Positions 55,467-64,000 of a stretch of DNA of 64,000 nucleotides are shown here, piece by piece (position 1 is the stretch's first letter; each line of letters starts with the position of its first letter). Source of the stretch: Candidatus Delongbacteria bacterium (GTDB taxonomy: Bacteria > CAIWAD01); assembly GCA_963663545.1 (NCBI GenBank), contig OY760505.1, positions 3,657,867 through 3,721,866 on the forward strand, in the 5' to 3' direction. The translations under genes were made by a program, and so were the position numbers. The notes beneath the pieces are model-generated. The model had not been told where the DNA came from. It ran no database searches and saw only the letters and a list, made by a program, of their open reading frames with translations.

Positions 55467-56069
55467 TTCAAGTTTTATTTAGTTCTATGTGGTCCTATAT
55501 AAAAAGAAACGGTCGATGGTATTTTAGCTAATGTCATATTTGTCATATTTTGACAATGTCATGTTCTTTGAAAGATCCAAATTTTACCACGAAGATTGAA
55601 CCACGAATGGACACTAATAAACACGAATTATTAGAGAATTGTTTATAACCGCCATTCGTGTCCATTGGTGTTTATTCGTGGTTCGATAAACATGACATTG
55701 CTAAGATATTTATTTATTGAAAATGCCTATTTTACCACGAAGAGTACGAAGGTCACCAAGATTAAATTTCGTTCTACAATTCTTTTTCGTGTTTTTCATG
55801 TTCTTCGTGGTGGATACAATACGCTAATTAGAAGAACCGCAAGGCGCGGCGGGAGAGAGCGATTTGGTAAACGCAAAACTTTAAAAAAAATTTCGCTAAG
55901 GCTGTAACAATTGCTACGCAAGGCGATCTATCTTATTACTGACGTGGTAATCGCCAGTTAGCGCCTGACAAATCACAATTATAATCTGGCGCTGTCCGGT
56001 GATCATCGCGTTGTCCTTGTCGAATTTGCAATAACTACCAGGTTGGTCCATTGAATTAGAGAGGAGTCA

Positions 56070-56984
56070 ATGATGCTTACCACTAAACTGGCGGAAAGAA
56101 GAAGCATAAATCTGGTATTGCTCTCGCTGCTTTCGGTTATCCTGCTCGGAGCTTATCTTGTTTTTATCGTCAAAGACTGGAATACCACTTCGCAGATTAT
56201 CCAGGGACTGGGAACGATCGGGATGTTGCTGTTGGCAGCACTCACCCTGCTGGTGGCCATCAAGGAATACTACAGTTTCAAAGACGCCAAGATGCAAGAT
56301 ATCTTGATCAGCTATTGGCAACGCTATAGCAAGTTGGTCCGGCAAATTCCCATCGAATATCTCCAAGACCGGCGTATGCCCTGGAACTCGGGAAACGTCC
56401 CGGTTGAAGTTCAAAAAAAGGGATTTTCGGTAGTGCGCGGGCTTCTCGATCTGTTTTGCGAAGAGACCGAGCTTTTCAATAAAAATCGACTGAAAGAAAG
56501 CACCGCCCTGAACTGGTTCATGAGCATGCAACGGTTGTTGATGATCGAATTGTTCCAGTCGGTCATCCAAGAAATCCATAAAACGCGCACCTGGTATTAT
56601 ACCCGTAGATTTGAATTGCTGGTCCAGGACATGGAAAAAATGGCGGAATTGCTCAACCAGGTCCCACGCGGCTATCTGAGCGATGAATTCAATTTCGAGC
56701 AGTGTGATCCAGCTCAGGCCAAAGGCGGTGAACGCTATCAAATCGGCAAACAAGTACTCGATCAGTTTTTCGATAGCGCCGAAAAAGCCTGGCAACAGCA
56801 TATTGAAGCCGGCAAAAAATCGGATCGGGTGGATGTACGCTGGTATGCCTGGAAGGGAGTGCTGCGCAAGATCAGTAGTTACGCTTTTGTCCAAGAAGTG
56901 CATCGAGAGCGCCGCGCCACCCGGCGCAAAACCGCATTCGATAAAGAGTTGCGCGCTATTTGCGAAGATCCTGAAACCCACTGA
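56070..56984 (+). CDS. Hypothetical protein with two N-terminal TM helices
   Basis: GAGGAG RBS; 304 aa. Confidence 0.6.
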   Translation: MMLTTKLAERRSINLVLLSLLSVILLGAYLVFIVKDWNTTSQIIQGLGTIGMLLLAALTLLVAIKEYYSFKDAKMQDILISYWQRYSKLVRQIPIEYLQDRRMPWNSGNVPVEVQKKGFSVVRGLLDLFCEETELFNKNRLKESTALNWFMSMQRLLMIELFQSVIQEIHKTRTWYYTRRFELLVQDMEKMAELLNQVPRGYLSDEFNFEQCDPAQAKGGERYQIGKQVLDQFFDSAEKAWQQHIEAGKKSDRVDVRWYAWKGVLRKISSYAFVQEVHRERRATRRKTAFDKELRAICEDPETH

Positions 56985-57327
56985 CGATTCGGCCCGGCTC
57001 CCGCCCGGGCATCGGTCGAATCTGGTCAAAATGCAAAACGGCTCTTCATTGGCACAGGTGGTACCAGGTGTCGGCTTGGATCAAGGTTTATAAAGATAAC
57101 GAGAATGATAACGAATCGAATTACGATGCGCGCTATCGCTCATTGTAATTCTTCCTGTTTTAATCGTCGTTATCTTTATCTTTATCATTATCGTCATAAA
57201 TCTTCCTGTCTAGACGCAACCGTACAGGTCGAAAATTTTAGTGGAAAGAGCAACTAAATTGATGATGTCATCTTGCCTCTTGGCAAGATCGAAATCTGCG
57301 TCTGTAGTCTGGATGCTCACCAGCGAC

Positions 57328-58212
57328 CTATATTTTTCCAGCCAGCTCTTTGAGACGAGCGATGAAGTGCTCGCCATCGACATCGATCGTTTCCTGGATA
57401 AACAAGCCTAAATTCTGCGGCCCCGAGCCAAAATTTTCGCGCTGGAATTCCGGAAATATTTCTCGGACCAATTGGGTCGCGGCATCACTGTTCATGCCTG
57501 GATGCAGACATAGGCTCGCCCCGCGAGTTTTGATAGTGGCAAAAACTTTCTCTCCCCACGGTCGAATGGTCGCCACCGCTCTCTCGACTTCATAAAGGCA
57601 GGCAAACATCTTGACCTTAGCCTCGCACATGAAAATGCCGTGTGGCATGATATCGCCCTTCTGCAAAGTCTTGAAAAACACACCAGGAGCGATTTCTTCC
57701 CCCAGGGCCTTCTGTTTATGTCGTTGTACCCAATTCCCTAGTTGTTCATCCACCGAGGGACCGCCGGATTCGGCCCGGTCATGCATTTGAACCAGAGCGG
57801 CCGTGGCCCTCGCAATCCCCTGGCCAGGGAGATCACCAAAATGACAAAAAGAATCGAAGGCGTGCAGGTATTTGCGGCAACTTTTTTGGATGTCTATCCC
57901 TTGTTCCTGCATCCACGTCACCCATTTCCAGGGAATATCTCGCGCCAAAAGCAATGCCGACAGATGAGCGAACTGGTCTCTTTTCAGTACATAGAACGTC
58001 TCGTCGCACAATCGCCGGTAGCGGTCATCATCGTCTTCATAGAGCAACCGTAAATCCCGCAACGACCAAATCCGCATGATGACCAAAAAGGCGGGGAAAA
58101 GCACTGGCTGCCAGTAATCTTCCCCGGGTATCAACGAAAGCGCAATCCCCAGCATCGCTAAACCACTAAAAATCACGATTTCTTTCAATACTTTCCGCGT
58201 ACGATGGTACAT
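57328..58212 (-). CDS. Hypothetical protein with two N-terminal TM helices
   Basis: AAAGGA RBS; 294 aa. Confidence 0.6.
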   Translation of the reverse strand: MYHRTRKVLKEIVIFSGLAMLGIALSLIPGEDYWQPVLFPAFLVIMRIWSLRDLRLLYEDDDDRYRRLCDETFYVLKRDQFAHLSALLLARDIPWKWVTWMQEQGIDIQKSCRKYLHAFDSFCHFGDLPGQGIARATAALVQMHDRAESGGPSVDEQLGNWVQRHKQKALGEEIAPGVFFKTLQKGDIMPHGIFMCEAKVKMFACLYEVERAVATIRPWGEKVFATIKTRGASLCLHPGMNSDAATQLVREIFPEFQRENFGSGPQNLGLFIQETIDVDGEHFIARLKELAGKI

Positions 58213-58977
58213 CTATTGTTTTCCTTTCGCAACTTGACCAGCGCCAGAATAGATAAATATCGACAATTTGTTCGTTGATATAGATAATGATAACCGATTT
58301 TTGTTACAGGCCAAACGGCAGCTAACTATCATCACCAGCGAGGCAGCCCATCAGCGGTCGGGCGATTGCCGCGATTGTTTCACTTTGTCAAGGTCGGCGC
58401 CACCAATCGTTTAGTTTTCCGTCCGGCTTCATGGCCTTCATAATCTTCGTGGTAAAATTGGGACTTTCAAGAAAATAGGCACCACCGAGATTGTTCCCGG
58501 TGCCTTAACAATATAGACCGCATTCTGCAAGAGATTGTTACCGCGCCTCGAACTTTTTCTAGCTAGAAGTCAGAGCCAAGTGAATTAGCTAGCTTTGCCT
58601 AGCTAGCCACTCTTCTCTTCGCTCTTTCCGGCAATTCTCTCAAAAAACTGTAACAAAATCCAGCATGGTACAAAAAAAAATTTAATTTGTAACAATCCCC
58701 AAACTACGCCATCTCTTTCTTTATGTAGTAAGTTATGGTTTTGACTTTATTAGCAAAACTTGCTATTTTGTCAATAGTTGGTTAATGGTTAGTTTGACAA
58801 TGTCGTGTTAGCTTGGCATTCAATCAAAAATCACGAATGACGCGAATCTACGAATTACCCGAATAAAAGATTATTCGTGGGATTCGTTCATTCGTGGGAT
58901 TCGCGATTAATGAGCCTTACCCCTAACTTGACATGGCCAAATTAGTTGGTTAAATTCACTTACTTCGGGAAGGGAGT

Positions 58978-61900
58978 ATGGATAAAGTGGAATCCAATCT
59001 CTATTGCAAAATCGAGGCGATCGAAATGCTGCGCTCGCTGGATCGCCCTGGAGTACGAGTGGCTTTTATCGAGTCCGACGGCAATATCTCGGCTACCGAG
59101 TACTACGTGCGCAGCACTTTGCCCAATCACCATAAAGTGCTGCAATGCCGCACGCAGAAAGAAACCTGGTTGGCTAAGCTATCGTCGCCCGGGGCGCTTG
59201 TTGGTTTTTGGTTTGCCGCTGTTCTGTTATGGTTCGGGACAAACTGGTATCTTGGTTTTCCGATCAATTATCTCACTATCGCCGTATGCGTCATCGGCGG
59301 CGGTTTGGGCTATATTTTGGCCGGTGACCAACGCCTGCGGCGGTTGGCTACCCGGTTGATTTGGTTTGTCATCTTACCGTTGCTCGCGTTGGTGCTTACC
59401 GTTGTCGCTTGTTGGCATTACTCCTTCGGCTTGCACGATCTCTACGTTTTCCTCAACCATGCCCAGGTGCAAATGCTGTCGATCGTCACCTGTTTCCTCT
59501 ACGTTTTCGGCTTGTTCTTTCGCACCACAGATAAGACCGTCCACGACCTGCGCGGTCGGATCTATGACCCGCTCATTCTGTTGTGGTCACGCGCTATTTC
59601 CCTGATCGCTCCGATCGCCACCGCTTTGCTGCTGCTCAGCCTCGAGTTGTTGGCCCAGGCCCGCAGCCCCTATTACGCGCCGCTTTTCCATAGCGTGGTG
59701 TGGACCGCTTTTTTGTTGATGACGGTGATTTGCTGCAATCGTTTTGTGCCGGTTCTCGACTGGCTGTCGCTAAAATACGAAACTATCGAAGCTTCATTTT
59801 ATAACTATGGACGCGACGGCATCCGGCGCTTGCGCACCATGACCGTCATTCTTACCGGGCTGTTCGGCGCGCTCACCTTTGTCGAATATTTATTTCCCGA
59901 CCTCACCCGCCAATATTTGCAAATTTTTCGTTACTCCGGCTGGGCATTGTTCAAGAGTTTCGCTTACCTGATCTCTTTGCCTACGGTCGGGGTCATTTTT
60001 CTCATCATCGCCGGTAGCGCCGTGGTTTTTTGGCTGCTGGTCGCTCGCTTGCGCAAAGATTCTTTGTTGCAACGAGGGCTGCCAGTCGCCAACAATAGCT
60101 TTTATAAAACCCGCAATTTTGTCGAGGTATGCTTTCGCTGGAAAAAGCTCATCCTGATCATTATCGCCATCATTTTCATCGGTTGTTTGCACTTTCTCAC
60201 CGTGAAGTATCACCAACGCGGCCAATTTTCCGGATCGGATGCCGAATCCATCGATAAGCGTATTTCCCGGGCTATCGAAACCACCCTGACCAAATACCAG
60301 GTGCGCCGCCGTCTCGAGGAATTGGGGCAGGTGGTCAGTCACCAACAAAACGCGATTCCGCTGGCCGCTCTGGCATTGTTCGTTTTTGCCGTACTTTGCC
60401 GTTCTTCGATTCAAATGGAGCGGAGCTATATTGGCCGTAATAAGTTGTTCGACAAAGCCAAAAGCGATTTTTTCGTCGGCAAAATCTCGAAATTTCTCAA
60501 GGCCAAGACCACCGACGCGATCGTGCTCAAAGGATTGTCCGATCAGGGAGATGATTACCAACCTCTGGCCGAACGCCTGAAATATATCGATTTGCAGGTC
60601 CGCGACCAATCGCTGCGCGAAATCACCGAAAAATTGACTAAAATCCTCGCCAAATCCCGGCGTAACCCAGAGTGGAAAAAGCAGCAAAAGCAATTCGCCG
60701 GGGATTTCGGGAAACAATTGCGGCAACAATCAGGAGCGCTGGCCAAATGGAATTTGTTGTGCAATTATCTGCAAGATTCGCCGCTCCTCGAAAAAGCCCA
60801 AGAAAAATCCTACCGGGTCAGCTCCGGACAAGAAGCCAAATTCGTGTGGCTGGCCCAGCGATCCCGCAAATTGCGCAGTCAGCTCGCTATCGATTTCAGT
60901 GAATCGTCCTCCGCCTCCGATCGGATTGCCTATGCTCAAGTCGATGAACAATGGCGGCGGTGGATCGAAGAACCGCTCTATGAGTTGGCCGGCAAATATC
61001 ACCTGAAAGAGTCCGAACAATATTGCCCGTTATTCGTCGCGGTGGTCGGCAAAGATGCCAATATCGAGCAAACCATCAAAAAACATTTCGGGGCTGAAGA
61101 CCAGGGAATTCGCACCCGGTGGACCTTACCGACCATCGAGGATTTTCCCTCGGCCATCGAAAAATTCCGCAATTCTGCGGATAAAGCCAAAGCCTTGCTG
61201 CTTTGCCACCGACGTGGTGTCAACATCAACGAGGTTTTGAACGCCCATCTGGTCGATGTCCCTCTCCAACATCGCTTTCGGAATGTATTGACCATCACTT
61301 TTTCCGACAAGTCCACTTCCGACGAAAACACCATGAACCGCATCCTGGAAAACATGGGCTATCAGGTCACCGCCAGTGGCCGTATCCGCTCGCGAACCAC
61401 CGGAATCATCGCCGGTATCATTACCCTCCTCGGCCTGTTTTTTCCCCTTGTTCAAAGGGGTGCTGTTGAATGCGATCAATACCCTGCTCAGCAATTATAT
61501 TCGCCCGTGGATGCCCCAGCTCGAGCAAAAGCTCCACATGTACGGCGGGGTGATCAAAGACCTGTTTTCCGATCCGGTTTTTGCCTCGTTCGTGTCTTTT
61601 GTTTCGCTGCTGGTCATCGGTTTCTCTCTCTATCTGTTCATCGCCAAGTTATGGGGGATCAGGATCGGCGGGGAATCGTATCGCTACAATTATTTGTTCA
61701 GCATTCTCAAGAACCGCATCGAACGCACGATTAGCTGGGACGCGTTCCAGAAATTCGTGCCCTGCGTTCCGCAATTGCGCAAATTCGTGATTTATTTTAA
61801 ATATGTCGATAACGCCACTCCGCAAATTTTGACGATTTTGCGCGACATCGCCAACGATCTCAACGATTATATCGAACAAGACGTCAAGATCATCATTGTC

Positions 61901-64000
61901 GCCACCTGGTGCGTTACCGACGCTCCGGTAGTGAGAAACCTCAAGGGCGCCAGTCTCGAACATCTGGACATCGCCAGCTTCGACCGGGATATCATCCGGC
62001 GCATCCAGAGCAATCTGTGGCACCGCCGCAAGTGGTTGAATTCCCTGCCGACCAGATTGCCGGTTTTGGAAAATCGGCGGATTTGGGAAATGATCAGCCG
62101 CTATAGTTTCGGCATTCCGGAATTGGTCATCCATCCATATCGCCTGCTGATCCAAAAAAACGCGCAGCCGCAAAATGCTGCTGCGCGCCGACAACAATCT
62201 CCAGCGGTGGCAGAAAGACGCGGTAGCGTACAAGCTCGATGAATTGCGCGATTATATTTTCGCCAACCATGACGGGACGACCGGCGAGCAGGCCCACGCC
62301 GAAGTCGAAGAAGTGTACCGGGTATTGCTATTTACTCGTCTCAGCGCTCGCGGCATCATTTCGCCCAATGATTTGATCAATATTCCCGATGTCAGCCAGG
62401 CCGGTGATGTCCTTGCTTATGTCATCTTCCGCGCCCGTACCGATCTCAGCGGCATCCCCGATCAGGATACGCTGCCCTATTGGTCCCAGGTGCAAACTGC
62501 GCTACATACTTTGAAATGGCAGGGCGATGAAAGTGTCGCGGTTGACTATCTGCGCGAATGCGGCGTTGCCCCTGATGATTATTTCAACGAAGCTATCATC
62601 ACTAAAGTGCAAAAGGCGCTGAAAAAAACGTCATCCCGAGCTAGAACAGCCCAAAGTCGAGGAAACTCTAGCGGAGATGGCGGCCAGGCTCAAACATGAC
62701 GGGCACTATCAACTGGCTTTCCGAATCTACAAAGCCCTCGAACGCGGCGGCCAAGAGCGCAAGGACTGCTATCTGCGCGGCTTGCTGTTGGCGACTTTCC
62801 ATGACCGCGATCTGGAATGGTGGAGGGCGGAACAGGACGATTTCGAAAGTGTGGCGGCGATCTTTACCCCGATCCAGGAAAATTTCGCGGCGATCATCGC
62901 CGCTCCCGACGATCTCGCCGGCTGGCAACAGCATAGCGCCGAGATGATTACCCACTGGCAGCAGTATTCCGGGCAAACCATCGATGCCGAGCAACTGCTC
63001 CGCCAGGATCACCAAAACTATCTCTACGAGCGTTTGCGTTCGGATAGTGGACTGCAACTGGTGGACGCCGGCATCGGCGACGATATCTATTACCTCAAGC
63101 CGGTTTCGCAATTGGACGATATTCACCACAAGCTGATCACCCTGTACGATCATTTCGTCGCGCAACCATCGGCCGACGACATCGCGCTGCAACTGGCCGC
63201 GATCCGCGATATCGGCCAGGCCGAGAACTTCCGGTTGAGGCGCTATCTGGCGGTCAACGGTAACGACTCCTTTCCCGCCGCCTGCCACCGCCGTCTGGCC
63301 GCCCGGCGCAAGAATCGTCATCTACGCCAGACATCGCAAGCACAACTCGCTGACACCAATAAAATTTACGATGTCGCGCATGTGTTGCGCTATCACAAAA
63401 TTCCCGAGCTGAAAGAGGCGTTGTTGAGTCGGCTGCGCGATGAAGGCTTGTTGGAGAACCGACCGGGTTTTCATTATTCGCCAACCATGTGCGAATTGCT
63501 GATCGAGTCGATCAATCCCAAAGAACGCGAGCGGATCTATCGGGAAATGGCCGCCGATTATCGCAGTCTCGAAGAGATTCCCTATCAAGACCGGTTACTG
63601 GCTTCGGCGTTTTTTCTGCAACAGGCCAGCGATACTTTCGGGATGTGTTCGGACATTCTCAATCACATCAAATACATCTATTACAACGGCCGTCCGGGAA
63701 TGGAACTCGGGCGCCGCGAGCTATATAGCTGGTTACGGCGGTTGAAAAGAAAAATCAACGAAGTCCAGAAGGAGGAACGGGATAAATCGTTTTTCGATTT
63801 TCAATTGCAATTCGATCGTTTTTATATGGAGGTATTGATCAACGACGAGCAGATTTTGCCGGCCGCCGGTGATAAGCACGGGCGCGATCTCGCCGAACGC
63901 AAGCTGGACATTACCCTGGAAAATTATCACGGCGAGGAGTTCGATCGCTTCCGTCGCGACGACATCGCTCTGGAAAGCGTGACCGAGGCTCTCCGGCAAC
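58978..64000 (+). CDS. Very large multi-TM protein with long soluble regions, split by several frameshifts and running off the window
   Basis: 918-aa ORF followed by overlapping plus-strand ORFs (61376, 62175) and coding-like sequence to the end; no family recognised. Confidence 0.5.

Larger units (their letters stand above)
53716..55487 (+). mobile_element. 1772-bp TIR-bounded element carrying only a TnpB-like gene
   Basis: TAGAACTAAATAGAAAC (53716-53732) and GTTTTATTTAGTTCTA (55472-55487); outer 12 bp perfectly inverted. Confidence 0.7.

Overview
An accessory, heavily rearranged 64-kb bacterial region. Planctomycete/PVC-like origin is an inference from intergenic hairpin repeats and an RNAP alpha-CTD fusion. 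Many genes are split by single-base shifts, several at homopolymers, so long-read indel errors are likely. From left to right it holds: a GT-C-type membrane protein with a discoidin domain behind a candidate structured RNA; an MlaF/MlaE-like ABC gene; a divergent operon of secreted repeat protein, PpkA-like vWA protein and fused ABC ATPase/permease, followed by a family of signal-peptide tail-collar genes; two HUH/Y1 RAYT transposases with scattered 21-bp palindromic-core tandem arrays; antirepressor (ORF6C/Bro-N-like) genes; a truncated hsdM; a giant DDE transposase; an RHS toxin locus whose downstream MglA-like gene is split by an IS with a 7-bp TSD; a MoxR-MoxR-vWA/peptidase operon; a tandem DUF4145-like gene; and a 532-aa TnpB/Cas12f-like nuclease bounded by terminal inverted repeats. 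The best candidates for new biology are: (1) perfect 1-nt-loop palindromes at the equivalent coding position of three antirepressor genes, where flipping the central base toggles a stop codon in two of them; (2) RAYT-associated 21-bp arrays that sit at gene truncations and junctions and carry copies of neighbouring DNA; (3) the TIR-bounded TnpB-only element. No database searches were run; all family calls come from motif recognition.
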